A stretch of DNA of 64,000 nucleotides from the NCBI GenBank assembly GCA_963776505.1, contig CAVZNH010000070.1:81171-145170 (forward strand), written 5' to 3'. The notes below the pieces were generated by a model. It made no database searches and was not told where the DNA came from. It saw only the letters and a list, made by a program, of their open reading frames with translations. Positions 50,974 through 61,183 of the stretch are shown piece after piece. The DNA is from an uncultured Alphaproteobacteria bacterium. Lineage in GTDB: Bacteria > Pseudomonadota > Alphaproteobacteria > Acetobacterales > Acetobacteraceae. The translations under genes were made by a program, and so were the position numbers. Within the stretch, counting starts at the first letter, position 1. Every line of letters begins with the position of its first letter.

Positions 50974-52173
50974 TCAGCCACCCGCCCTCTTGCGCGCGCC
51001 ATTCTGCCGCAACAGAAACTCCCGTCCGACCTTCACCAGCGGCGCACCGTCATATTCCACAATGTCGGCGGTGGCGTAGGTCTCGTGCCAGGCATCAGGA
51101 ATGAAGCTGCCGGTGCCCACAACGTCGATCGGTGCCTTGGCATCAGCCATGACCCGACACTTGTCCACGCCGAAGCCGGAAGATGCGACGATGCGCACGC
51201 GTGGATAGCCGGCCGCGTCCAGCGCCTCGCGCATCCGCCAGATCGCCGCCGCCGAGACACCGGTGCCAACCAGATACCGCAGCTCCGTCTCGCTGCGATA
51301 ACGCCGAATAGCACCGGGCGCATTTCGCTCCATCACCGCATAGCTCTCCGCCGGATCGAGCCCCTCCATGAAGCGCCCGCCATGCGTGTCCAGCCGGAAC
51401 GACAACCGGCCCTCGTCGGCAAGATCAGGAAACCGCGCGCATACCGCGATCGCATCGGTGATCTCGCGGCCGAAGTAGTCCGCCAGCACGGTCATCGGTT
51501 CGTCAGGAAAAGTCTCGCGGAACATCTCCGCCGCGCGCAGCGTCGAACCGGCATAGCCGATCAGCGAGTGCGGCATCGTCCCGAAGCCGCGCGGCGTGCC
51601 GAACCAGTGCGCTGTGCCATCATTGGCGTTGCCAATGAAGCCCTTCGCACCTTCCCGCTTGGCGGCCTCGCTGCCAACCGAGGCAGCGTACGCCATCATG
51701 TCCTGCATCTCGGCACCAGCGCAGTGCCGCGCCTCCATCGCCATGAACGCCACGTCCGGCAGCGCGAGACACATCTGATAGGCATTGTGCGCCGCCACCG
51801 ACGCAGGGCCGATTCTTTGCAGGAAAATCGTCTCGAGATCCGACAACTGCACGAGGCTGCCGCTGATATAGGAGAGCGGCTCGCCGGCACCGACCCACTC
51901 ACCCTCCGGATACATCAGCTCGACATCAATGCTGGTGCGACGCGCCGCCGCCACCGCCTCCAGCCACTCAACCATCAGCCGCGGCGCCGAGATCACCGGA
52001 CGACGCATGAACACCGCGTAGGTCACTCGCTTGTCGCCAAACCGAGCAACGATGCGGCGCGTCCGATTGAAGTAACTGTCGGTCCGCGCCGCAATATCGT
52101 CGTCGCAAGCAACCGATCCTCCCCCTCCCCTCGCGGGAGGGGGTCGGGGGGAGGGGGCAGCCTCACCCGCCAT
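50974..52173 (-). CDS. Nicotinate phosphoribosyltransferase-family protein, N-terminal codons 5-19 encoded by a REP copy
   Basis: ..ARTDSYFNRTRRIV.., ..FGTMPHSLIG.., ..RLDTHGG.., ..IVASSGFG.. resemble the NAPRTase family. The only in-frame ATG directly abuts the upstream stop. Confidence 0.7.
   Translation of the reverse strand: MAGEAAPSPRPPPARGGGGSVACDDDIAARTDSYFNRTRRIVARFGDKRVTYAVFMRRPVISAPRLMVEWLEAVAAARRTSIDVELMYPEGEWVGAGEPLSYISGSLVQLSDLETIFLQRIGPASVAAHNAYQMCLALPDVAFMAMEARHCAGAEMQDMMAYAASVGSEAAKREGAKGFIGNANDGTAHWFGTPRGFGTMPHSLIGYAGSTLRAAEMFRETFPDEPMTVLADYFGREITDAIAVCARFPDLADEGRLSFRLDTHGGRFMEGLDPAESYAVMERNAPGAIRRYRSETELRYLVGTGVSAAAIWRMREALDAAGYPRVRIVASSGFGVDKCRVMADAKAPIDVVGTGSFIPDAWHETYATADIVEYDGAPLVKVGREFLLRQNGARKRAGG
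52118..52159 (+). repeat. C-rich/G-rich REP-like element, copy 4 (inside the 50974..52173 ORF)
   Basis: cctccccctcccctcgcgggagggggtcggggggagggggca. Confidence 0.8.
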
Positions 52174-53571
52174 CTACTGCGCCGCCACCTGCATCTGTCC
52201 GTTCGGCGCGCGCCGCTGCTTCAGCTCCTCGGCCACCAGAAATGCCAGCTCCAACGCCTGCCCCGCGTTCAGCCGCGGATCGCAGAACGTCTCATATCGC
52301 TCCGTCAAATCCGCCTCGGTCAACTGATGCGCGCCGCCGGTGCATTCGGTGACATTCTGCCCCGTCATCTCGACATGCACACCGCCCGCCCACGTGCCTT
52401 CCGCCGCATGGATGTCAAAGAAACTGCGGACCTCCGACAGTATCTGATCGAAGTTGCGCGTCTTCAGCTTGGCAACAGTGGATATCGTATTGCCGTGCAT
52501 CGCATCGCACAGCCACACGACCTTGGCGCCCTCGCGCTCCACCGCTCGCAGCAACGGCGGCAGCCGCGCCGCCACCTTGTCGTGGCCCATACGGCTGATC
52601 AGCGTGACCCGCCCCGCCTCGTTCGCAGGATTGAGCCGCTCCAGGATACGCAGCAGATCATCTGGCTCCTGTGTCGGCCCGACCTTCATGCCAAGCGGAT
52701 TCTTCACCCCCCGCAGGAACTCGACATGCGCGCCATCGACCTGGCGCGTGCGATCGCCAATCCAAAGGAAATGCGCGCTGCACCCGTACCAATCGCCGGT
52801 CGTGGAATCGACCCGCGTCAACGCCTGTTCATACGGCAGCAGCAACGCCTCATGGCTCGTGTAGAAATCGGTCTCGCGCATGTCGCGCGTGGTGGTGCTG
52901 GTCATGCCGCAGGCCGCCATGAACGACAGCGTCTCGTCGATACGATGCGCCAGGTCCTGGTAGCGCTCAGCCAGCGGCGAGCGCGCGGCGAAATCCAGAT
53001 TCCAGCGATGCACCTCGTGCAGGTCGGCATAGCCGCCGGAGGCGAACGCGCGCAGCAGGTTCAGCGTGCTCGCCGATTGGAAATAACCGAACTCCATGCG
53101 CGCCGGATCAGGAATGCGCGCCTCGGCAGTGAACTCCGGCCCATTGATGATGTCGCCACGATACGACGGCAGCGTGACGTCACCCTGCGTCTCGGTATCC
53201 GAGGAACGCGGCTTGGCGAATTGGCCGGCCACGCGGCCCATCTTCACCACAGGCAGCGACGCGCCGAAGGTCAGCACCACCGCCATCTGCAGCAGCACGC
53301 GGAACGTGTCGCGGATGATGTTCGCGGTGAAGTCGGAAAAACTCTCCGCGCAGTCCCCACCCTGCAGCACGAACGCCTTGCCCTCGGCCGCTGCCGCGAG
53401 ATGCGCCGTCAGTCGCCGCGCCTCGCCGGCAAACACCAGCGGCGGATATCGCCCGATGCGTGCCTCCATCGCCGCCAGCTTCTCCGGATCAGGATAGGCC
53501 GGCACCTGCCGGATCGGGCAGTCACGCCAGGAATTAGGCGTCCATGTGCGGGCAAGCATGGTATCGGGCAT
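52174..53571 (-). CDS. Class II (plant-like) 3-deoxy-7-phosphoheptulonate synthase
   Basis: [19 protein letters not shown], ..VFAGEARRL.., ..[13 protein letters not shown].., 465 aa. Confidence 0.93.
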   Translation of the reverse strand: MPDTMLARTWTPNSWRDCPIRQVPAYPDPEKLAAMEARIGRYPPLVFAGEARRLTAHLAAAAEGKAFVLQGGDCAESFSDFTANIIRDTFRVLLQMAVVLTFGASLPVVKMGRVAGQFAKPRSSDTETQGDVTLPSYRGDIINGPEFTAEARIPDPARMEFGYFQSASTLNLLRAFASGGYADLHEVHRWNLDFAARSPLAERYQDLAHRIDETLSFMAACGMTSTTTRDMRETDFYTSHEALLLPYEQALTRVDSTTGDWYGCSAHFLWIGDRTRQVDGAHVEFLRGVKNPLGMKVGPTQEPDDLLRILERLNPANEAGRVTLISRMGHDKVAARLPPLLRAVEREGAKVVWLCDAMHGNTISTVAKLKTRNFDQILSEVRSFFDIHAAEGTWAGGVHVEMTGQNVTECTGGAHQLTEADLTERYETFCDPRLNAGQALELAFLVAEELKQRRAPNGQMQVAAQ

Positions 53572-53619
53572 GGCATATCTCTCCTCGGGCGCACTTATGT
53601 CGCCATTTCCGCGGAAAGG

Positions 53620-54582
53620 CTAGGCGCCCGCCTCTTCGTAGAGGTGACAGGCGACAACGCGATCTGCTTCGGTGTGCCGCAGCAATGGCGCCGACTCTCC
53701 GCAGATCGGCATCGCGACAGGACAGCGGTCGACGAACTTGCAGCCGCCGTGCCGCATCTCGGCGCGCTCCCCGCCGCGCGGTTCATCCAGCCACGTGCGC
53801 TCCGTACTCACCTGCGGGATCGAGGTGATCAGCAATTGCGTATACGGATGTTTCGGTGACTTCACCACCAGCTCGACATCACCCGCCTCGGCAACCGAGG
53901 CGTGATACAGCACGATGATATTGTCAGCCACCTGATAGGCCGTGGCGAGATCGTGCGTGATGTAGATGATCGAGATGCCGCGCTCCTCCCTGAGCAGACG
54001 CAGCGAGCCCAGAATGGTGGCGCGCAGCGACGCATCCACCATGGACACCGGCTCGTCCGCCACGATCAGATGCGGGTGCAACAAGAGCGCGCGCGCCACC
54101 ATCACGCGCTGTCGCTGTCCGCCACTGAGCTGATGCGGGTAGCGGCCGAGAATCTCCTCGGGACGCAGGCCGACCGCGCGCAACGCGTCCTCGATCAGAC
54201 TGCGCCCTTCGGCCTTCGTCTTCGCCAGACGAAATCGTGCGACCGGCGTGCTCAGCACATGATCAACGCGATAGAATGGATTGTAGACGCCATATGGGTC
54301 CTGGAATATCGCCTGAATGTCACGGCGAAATGCCCGCCGTTCGGTGCCGGACAACGCCTGCACATCGCGCCCCTGGTACAGGACCTCGCCCACCGTCGGT
54401 GCGACCAGACCAAGCAACAGCCTCGCAAGTGTCGTCTTGCCACTCCCGCTTTCGCCGACAATGGCTGTGATCGCGGGTCGGTCGCCCTCGATGAGGAGTG
54501 AAAAATCCTCCAGCGCCGCCACGTGGCCATAAGCCTTCGTCACGCCGCGCAGCTCGATGAGTGGAGCGGTTTGGTCAGCCAT
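53620..54582 (-). CDS. Peptide/nickel-type ABC ATP-binding protein (OppF/DppF-like)
   Basis: GESGSGKTT, LSGGQRQRV, LIVADEPVS, C-terminal Cys-rich oligopeptide-ABC extension. Starts at MADQTAPLIEL. Confidence 0.9.
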   Translation of the reverse strand: MADQTAPLIELRGVTKAYGHVAALEDFSLLIEGDRPAITAIVGESGSGKTTLARLLLGLVAPTVGEVLYQGRDVQALSGTERRAFRRDIQAIFQDPYGVYNPFYRVDHVLSTPVARFRLAKTKAEGRSLIEDALRAVGLRPEEILGRYPHQLSGGQRQRVMVARALLLHPHLIVADEPVSMVDASLRATILGSLRLLREERGISIIYITHDLATAYQVADNIIVLYHASVAEAGDVELVVKSPKHPYTQLLITSIPQVSTERTWLDEPRGGERAEMRHGGCKFVDRCPVAMPICGESAPLLRHTEADRVVACHLYEEAGA

Positions 54583-54592
54583 CACCACAACA

Positions 54593-55546
54593 TCAGGCGA
54601 AGTGACAGGCAACGTGGTGATCGCCAAGCTCACGCAACGCCGGCCGCTCAATACGGCACCGTTCGGCGGCCATCGGACAGCGCGGGTGGAAGGCACAGCC
54701 CGATGGCAGATCGCGCAGCAAAGGTGCGAGGCCTGGAATACCTTGCATCATTCCCTTGCGTTCCAGCGACGGCAGGCTGGCGATCAGCATCTGTGTATAC
54801 GGATGCTTCGGCGAAGTAATGATCTCGCCGATCGGCGCGATCTCCACCAGACGGCCGGCATACATCACGCCAAGCCGGTCAACGAACTGCGCCATCAGTC
54901 CCATGTCGTGGCCGACCAGCACCACCGCCGCACCAAGTTCCTGCTGCACACGACCAAGCGTCGCCATCACCTGACGCTGCACGACCACATCCAGCGCGCT
55001 CGTCGGTTCATCGGCAATGATCACCTTCGGGCGCAGGCAGATCGCGATGGCGATGCAGGCCCGCTGCTTCATGCCGCCGGAGAGTTCGTGCGGATACATC
55101 TCCGCGACCTCGGGCCGAAGTCCAACCTGGCCAAGCAGATCGCGCACCCGCGCGGTGAGGTCGCGTTGCGTGAGAGCCATGCCATGATCGCCCAGTGCAT
55201 CGGCGATCTGTGCACGGATGCGCAGCACCGGATTGAGTGCATTCATCGAACCTTGCGGTACCAGCGCGATACCGGCCAGACGCAACCGCCGCATGGCATC
55301 ATTCGAAAGCGCGGACAGCTTCTGACCGTCCAGCCAGACCTCACCGCCATCGATGCGTCCCGGCGGGCGGATCAGCCTCAGGATGGCGAGCGCCATGGTC
55401 GATTTGCCCGAACCTGACTCGCCCGCCAGGCCAAACCGCTCTCGCGGACGCAGACTGAATGAAACGTCGTCGACCGCGCGCACCGCGCCACGCGGATGGT
55501 CATACGAAACACGCAGTCCATCGACGTGCAGCAGCGCTGCGTTCAT
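54593..55546 (-). CDS. Peptide/nickel-type ABC ATP-binding protein (OppD/DppD-like)
   Basis: GESGSGKST, LSGGMKQRA, IIADEPTSALD. Starts at MNAALLHVDGL with an ATGA overlap to the permease. Confidence 0.9.
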   Translation of the reverse strand: MNAALLHVDGLRVSYDHPRGAVRAVDDVSFSLRPRERFGLAGESGSGKSTMALAILRLIRPPGRIDGGEVWLDGQKLSALSNDAMRRLRLAGIALVPQGSMNALNPVLRIRAQIADALGDHGMALTQRDLTARVRDLLGQVGLRPEVAEMYPHELSGGMKQRACIAIAICLRPKVIIADEPTSALDVVVQRQVMATLGRVQQELGAAVVLVGHDMGLMAQFVDRLGVMYAGRLVEIAPIGEIITSPKHPYTQMLIASLPSLERKGMMQGIPGLAPLLRDLPSGCAFHPRCPMAAERCRIERPALRELGDHHVACHFA

Positions 55547-56385
55547 GCCGATTGCCGCAGGCGTGGATTGGCGATTTCGTCCAGACCGACGGTAAGGAAA
55601 AACAAGCCGAGAAACACGATCAGGATGATCACGATAGGCGCGACCCACCACCACCACCAGCCGTTCAGGATGGCGGCGTTGAAGTTGATCCAGTACAGCG
55701 TCATGCCCAACGTCGGCGATTCCAATGGCCCGAGCCCCAGCACTTCCAGGCCGATCGAAGCCAGGATCGCGGCGGATACCGCGCTGACCAACGTGGCGGC
55801 GAGATATGGCAGCAGGTTTGGCATCATCTCGCGCAGTATGATCTCCGGCCCGCTCATGCCGTTCAGCCGCGCCACCTCGACATAGCCACGCTCGCGCAGC
55901 GTAAGAACCTGGGCGCGGATCGTCCGCGTGGGATTGAGCCACGCAAGCGAGGCAACGATGATCGCCATCTCGTTCACCGTCAGCCCGCCGCGCACCGACA
56001 CCGCGATGACAATCAGCACCAGCAGACCAGGCACGGTCAGGCCAATATCGGCGATGCCGCGGATCACCGTATCCGTCATACCGCGATAATACCCCGCGAC
56101 GAAGGCCAGTACGGTGCCGATGCCGACACCGAGAAACCCGGCGATGAAGCCAATCTTCAGCGTGAGCGGCGTCCCCGCGACCATCGCCGCCAACAGATCG
56201 CGTCCCTGGCGGTCAGTGCCGAACGGATGCTCCCACGATGGCGGCTGCAGCGCGCGCACCGACAGCGGCCGCGCGAGGTCGGTATCCACAGTAAGATTGC
56301 CGATCACAATGAACAGCGCCAGCACCGTCAGCAACGCAATGCCAACAACCAACGACGGATTGCGCCGAACATAGCGCCACATCAC
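55543..56385 (-). CDS. Peptide-type ABC permease (DppC/OppC-like)
   Basis: 280-aa polytopic ORF of the binding-protein-dependent transport family. Confidence 0.9.
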   Translation of the reverse strand: MMWRYVRRNPSLVVGIALLTVLALFIVIGNLTVDTDLARPLSVRALQPPSWEHPFGTDRQGRDLLAAMVAGTPLTLKIGFIAGFLGVGIGTVLAFVAGYYRGMTDTVIRGIADIGLTVPGLLVLIVIAVSVRGGLTVNEMAIIVASLAWLNPTRTIRAQVLTLRERGYVEVARLNGMSGPEIILREMMPNLLPYLAATLVSAVSAAILASIGLEVLGLGPLESPTLGMTLYWINFNAAILNGWWWWWVAPIVIILIVFLGLFFLTVGLDEIANPRLRQSA

Positions 56386-56388
56386 ACG

Positions 56389-56430
56389 CCTCCCCCTCCC
56401 CTCGCGGGAGGGGGCCAGGGGGAGGGGGCG
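56389..56430 (+). repeat. C-rich/G-rich REP-like element, copy 5
   Basis: cctccccctcccctcgcgggagggggccagggggagggggcg, in the 69-nt spacer between the two permease genes of one operon. Confidence 0.8.
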
Positions 56431-56454
56431 AAACCAGGCCCCAAGCCACCTCCA

Positions 56455-57462
56455 TCAATCACCCCGCCGATAAGAAATCCGCGGATCCAGCCACGGATAA
56501 ACCACATCGAGAATCAAAGTCGCCAACCCCAACGCCACGATCACAGTGAACACAATCCCCTGGATCAGAAAGAAGTCGTTCTCCTGTATCGCCTGGAACA
56601 GCAGCGCCCCAATACCGGGATACCCAAAGATGACCTCCACCAGCACCGCGCCGGACAAAATCTGCCCCAACGCCAACGCCAGCGCAGTCGTCTGCGGCAG
56701 GATCGCATTGCGCACGCAGTACCGCAGAAAGATCGTCGAACTCCTCAGTCCCTTCGCGTCGGCGAAGGTCACGTAATCCTCGCCCATCGTCGTGACCATC
56801 ATCCCGCGCATCCCCAGCGCCCAGCCGCCCGTCGCCACCAGCACGATCGACAAAGCCGGCAGCAGCGCGTGCGACACCACATCCCACACAAAACCCAGCG
56901 ACAGCGTCGGGCTCGCGCCCGCACTGTAGCCGCCGAATATCGGCAGCAGCGGAACCTGGAACGCCAGCAGGTACATCAGGATAAGCCCGAGCAGAAAGAA
57001 CGGGATGGCATGCAGCGCCCATAACGGCGGCATCAGCCAGCGCATCCAGCGCGGCGCGCCAGGCCACGCGAGCAACGCGCCCATCAAAGTGCCGATACCA
57101 AACGACAGCAGCGTTGTGGTGCCGAGAAGACCCACCGTCCACGGCACCGCCTCGCCAACCATCTCGCGCACCGTGCGCGGATAGTTGGCGATCGAATAGT
57201 TGAAATCCAGCCGCGCCGTGGCGCGCAGATACGTCAGATATTGCTGCCACAGCGGCTTATCGAGCCCGAAGCGCTGATCGTACTCCTTCACCATGTCCTC
57301 AAGACCGGCATGCACATAGCCGCCAAGCTGCGCCGACTGCAGCAGCTTGGTGCGCACCGGATCCTGCCCCGACAGCTTGGGCAAAAAGAAGTTCAGCGAC
57401 GCCGCCAGCCAGACAATCAGCAGAAATACGCCGAACCGACGCGCAATGTAGGCAAGCTGCAT
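56455..57462 (-). CDS. Peptide-type ABC permease (DppB/OppB-like)
   Basis: 335-aa polytopic ORF with N-terminus MQLAYIARRFGVFLLIVWLAASLNFFL. Confidence 0.9.
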   Translation of the reverse strand: MQLAYIARRFGVFLLIVWLAASLNFFLPKLSGQDPVRTKLLQSAQLGGYVHAGLEDMVKEYDQRFGLDKPLWQQYLTYLRATARLDFNYSIANYPRTVREMVGEAVPWTVGLLGTTTLLSFGIGTLMGALLAWPGAPRWMRWLMPPLWALHAIPFFLLGLILMYLLAFQVPLLPIFGGYSAGASPTLSLGFVWDVVSHALLPALSIVLVATGGWALGMRGMMVTTMGEDYVTFADAKGLRSSTIFLRYCVRNAILPQTTALALALGQILSGAVLVEVIFGYPGIGALLFQAIQENDFFLIQGIVFTVIVALGLATLILDVVYPWLDPRISYRRGD

Positions 57463-57466
57463 TACG

Positions 57467-59212
57467 TCAGGCCGGCTGCAGGTTCCACAGCACGATCGGA
57501 TAAGTCAGGTGCCAGGAGGCGCCGTTGACATAGTCATTGTCGGCGGTCGGCCAGTTCTTCCAATAGGTGGTGTTCATCGGAATACGATGAAAATTCTGCA
57601 CCAACTGGATGTCCGGCAGCTCCGGCAGCCAGATCTCCATCGCGCGATGAAACAACTCGATCATCTTCGGCTTGTTGTTCGGATCGGTCACATACATCTC
57701 GTCGGTGATCTTATCGAACTCCGCGTTCTTCCATCGGGCAAAGTTCACCAGGTGTGCGCCGGGCACCGCAACGCTGCGCCCCTGATACAGGCGCAACGTC
57801 GAATATGGCTCGGTGATGGAGCCGCCATGACCGTAGATCGACCCAACGAACTGGCCCTTCTGGAACCGGTCGTCGAAATCGGGCGGCATGCTCATGCTCG
57901 CCTCGATGCCATGGCGTCTGAGCATCTCCGACAGCACCGGCCCGATCGCCGGCCCGGAAGCGCCGAAGCCGATGATGTCCAGCGTGAGCTTCTTGCCCTG
58001 CGCATCAACCCAGACGCCGCCGTCCTTCTTGAACCCCTTGCCTGACAGCAGCGCGTCACCCTTCTTCGGATCGAATGCCAGCGTGTCGTACTTGGCCAAC
58101 AGGTCCTTCACCGCATCGAAGTACGGCTGCAACGGCGGGTAAGGCGGCATCGGCAGCGACGACACCTGCGACGCACCCAGATACCCCACATCGATCAACT
58201 GTTGCCGGTCGACGTAATGCGACACCGCCCACCGAACGTCCTTGTCGTCGTACGGCTTGACCTCGTTGTTGACGTAAAGCGAGATCGGCCACCAATCGAC
58301 GTAGCCATACGGAGGCTTCTGGCCAGTATGTGTGATGAGCTTCGGATTGCCGCGGAACAGCGTCGGGAACGTCGCCGGCTGCATGCCGGTCGCCGCATCC
58401 AACTGGTTGGTGATCAGCGCCTGCGCCGTCGCCTGTTCGCCCGCATATGGCAGCCAGATCGTGCGCTCGATCGCCGGCAGCGGCGCCAGCCCCGCCTTCA
58501 CCGCCCACCACTCAGGGCGTCGGTCGAACACCTTCTGCTGCAGCGAGGCCTCCGTCACCTTCCACGGCCCCGTGCTCACCGGCCAGCCCTTGGCGATGTC
58601 GAAGTGTTTGAACGTCGTCCAGTCCTGACCAGCGAAGATGTGCTTCGGCACGATATAGACGCCGATGTCGTACTTGTAGGTCACGAAGAAGAAGAACCGC
58701 GGCGCGGGCACCACGAAATCGACCACGACCGTGTTGGCGTCGGTCGCCTTCGCCTCCTTCATCACCTGCTGCACATCGACGCCCCATTTCACCTTGGGGC
58801 CCAGATCGCGCAGACTGTTCAGCGTGAACGCCACGTCCTCGGCTGAGAACGGCGTGCCGTCCGACCACGAGATCCCCGAGCGCGTCTTGATGGTGAGCTG
58901 CTTGAAGTCAGGCGTGTACTGGTAGCTTTCCGCCAGCCACATATAGGTCTTGTCGGCAAACGCACTGTAATAGGCCAGCGGCTCATAGATAATATTAGGA
59001 CCGTTCTGGTGGTTCGAACCGATCGAGTAAGGATTCCACAATTCGAAATCCACCCAGCGCCCTTCGCGCCCACCCCAGACCAGGCTCATCGTCCGGTTGC
59101 GCGGTGGAGCGGCCGGCTGCGCCGTCGCCAGGCCAATCGGCGTCAACGCGGTAACCGCTGCCGCGGCGGCCGCTTTGAAGACAGTGCGGCGGCCTGTGTT
59201 CAGGGTGGACAT
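57467..59212 (-). CDS. ABC substrate-binding protein, family 5 (peptide/nickel/opine type)
   Basis: Tat-like leader MSTLNTGRRTVFKAAAAAAVTAL. GGAGGA lies 8 nt upstream of the chosen ATG. 581 aa. Confidence 0.9.
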   Translation of the reverse strand: MSTLNTGRRTVFKAAAAAAVTALTPIGLATAQPAAPPRNRTMSLVWGGREGRWVDFELWNPYSIGSNHQNGPNIIYEPLAYYSAFADKTYMWLAESYQYTPDFKQLTIKTRSGISWSDGTPFSAEDVAFTLNSLRDLGPKVKWGVDVQQVMKEAKATDANTVVVDFVVPAPRFFFFVTYKYDIGVYIVPKHIFAGQDWTTFKHFDIAKGWPVSTGPWKVTEASLQQKVFDRRPEWWAVKAGLAPLPAIERTIWLPYAGEQATAQALITNQLDAATGMQPATFPTLFRGNPKLITHTGQKPPYGYVDWWPISLYVNNEVKPYDDKDVRWAVSHYVDRQQLIDVGYLGASQVSSLPMPPYPPLQPYFDAVKDLLAKYDTLAFDPKKGDALLSGKGFKKDGGVWVDAQGKKLTLDIIGFGASGPAIGPVLSEMLRRHGIEASMSMPPDFDDRFQKGQFVGSIYGHGGSITEPYSTLRLYQGRSVAVPGAHLVNFARWKNAEFDKITDEMYVTDPNNKPKMIELFHRAMEIWLPELPDIQLVQNFHRIPMNTTYWKNWPTADNDYVNGASWHLTYPIVLWNLQPA

Positions 59213-59309
59213 TGTCTGTTTCCTCCAATCCGTGCATGCACGGTGGCGCGGACTATGCACACGCCTTGACCCGGATCAAGGGAAACCCCAGGCATGGAGC
59301 AGCGGCCCT

Positions 59310-61183
59310 TCAGAACCCGAACATGTGGTCCAGCGAGAAGCCGCCGGCATCGTCCATCAGACCGTGGTAGCCGAACAGCCGGCACGTCGTGTCCCGCACC
59401 AGCACATAGCCTTCCGGGCCCGCCTGGCGCAGCGCCGCTTCGCCGAACGCGACATGCGGCCAGACCATCGTCGAGCCTGAACACGCAATCGCCACGCACT
59501 GCTCCGCGATCACCTCGCCCGCACCGTCATGCAGCAGCAGCGTGGTCGCGGAATGCCCGTGCCAGGGCGCAGATGCCGGATAGATCAGCACAGCGAAGCT
59601 GCGGCGCCGCGTATCGCCCAGCTTCAGGAACAACCGCGTGGTCAGCCCGGGCGGCGGCCCGTTATACGACTGCGGCTCACCGCGATACGTCATGATCGTA
59701 TTGAAGATATGCCCGCCAAAGCTCGACTCAGCGGCGTGGCCGGACTGCCGGTCCTCGTAGCGGAACAGCGCATGCAACCAACCGTCCGCTTCGCCCCCGT
59801 CGCGAAAATCGTAGACCAGCTCAGCGTGTCCCCTCGCCACGTCATCGACTTCCAGCGCCACATCGTGATCGCGCGGCAGACAGCCGAGGAACCGCTCCGC
59901 CACCTTCCTCCCCGCCTCGTCAAACACATCGAGCCGCAGCGGCAGCGTGCTGCTGTGACACCGCCATCGGTGTCGGCTGGACGATGCTGCGGAACCGCTC
60001 GCGCGGCAGCACGGGGAACGGCAGCAGATAGCCGCGCCCCAACTGGGCCGGAAGCCGAGCGATGGTCACATCCGGCCTCAGGTCACTGCGCTCGACATTG
60101 ACATGCGCGATGCGAACGCGTTCGCCGCGCGTCACCTCATAGCGTGGCCGCACCACATGCCGCCCGGCGCGTACCTCGATCTGCGCCGGCCACCGCACCT
60201 CCGGCAGCACATGCGCGACATCGACAGCGACCGTGGCGAATGGGCCCGACCTCCTGCGTCACAGCGACCGGCCGCTCCGCGCCCATGCGATCCAGCGCAA
60301 CGGCCCCAGGCGGGATCGGTGTCGCGTGACTGTTCTGCAGCCACAAGACCACTCTCTCGTCGTCGCGTGGCGCCGGCAATCCGGCATAGCGATCCGACGG
60401 CCACGCGTTGGCATCATGCGTGCACGACAGGCTGGCGCCGTTGTCGCCCGCATACGTATCGAGCGCGTATTTCACCACGTCATGCCCGGTCGCGCCGATC
60501 GCGTGCACGAACAATTGGCCCGTGAAGGACGGCAGGTCGAAGTGTTCGCGCACCGTGCGGCTGTCAATCGAAAACCCGCCAGGTCCCGCCGGCACTTCCT
60601 TCTGCCACGTCGCCAGCACGCCGCCGGCCGCATCGAACAGCCGCAGCCACAGACGCATCGCACCGCCGCCATAGCCCGACCAGTAGTTCGCCGACACGAG
60701 CCGTGTCGAAAGCCCATCGCCGTCGCGGAAGAACACAAAGTTCGTCGCAAAGTTCAGCTTGTCGAGATAACGCGCGCGATTGGTCAGCAGCGCATCGGGC
60801 AGCTTCACCGCATCCAGCGTGATCACCTCCGCCCCGTCAGGCAGCAGATGCAAGATACGCGCGGCAATCCGCCCCGCATCGAACGCGGCGATCAGCACGA
60901 CGCGCGCGCCACTCTCCGGAAGATCGGTCAGTGCTCGCGCAATATGGCCCGCGCGCTCCTCGCCCACCGCGGCCACGTCATGCACAAAGAGCCCGGCAAG
61001 CGGAGGCGCCTCGGGATACAGTGCGAACAATGCGGTGGCGATGCCTTCGGGATCGTACACCGCGACCGGCCCGGCAAGACGCGCATAAAGTCGCGCTATC
61101 GCCTCGGCAGCCAACGGATGCGCCAATGCCTTGTACAGCACGTTGCCGCCGACGCGGTTGTCGAACGTCTGGATGTTCAGCAT
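59310..61183 (-). CDS. Large uncharacterised protein (~620 aa) read across three frames
   Basis: MLNIQTFDNRVGGNVLYKALAHPLAAE.. (60137-61183 frame), ..EVRWPAQIEVRAGRHVVRPRYEVTRGERVRIAHVNVE.. (59920-60210) and ..DEAGRKVAERFLG..GFSLDHMFGF* (59310-59927) form one continuous reading with 2 shifts. The start overlaps the upstream ELM1-family stop. Confidence 0.6.

Noticed and set aside
46525-53571. Possible phenazine biosynthesis cluster (PhzF-family gene plus a PhzC-like class II DAHP synthase within 5 kb on the same strand)
   Set aside because: No phzA/B, phzD, phzE or phzG homologues are present. The genes between are a sugar-type ABC importer and a NAPRTase-family gene. Class II DAHP synthase is the ordinary shikimate-pathway enzyme in many alphaproteobacteria.
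50899-53859. 986-aa plus-strand ORF, the longest in the track
   Set aside because: It is antisense to the NAPRTase-family and class II DAHP synthase genes, which have recognisable motifs. It is Arg/His/Gln-rich low-complexity sequence, so a high-GC shadow ORF.
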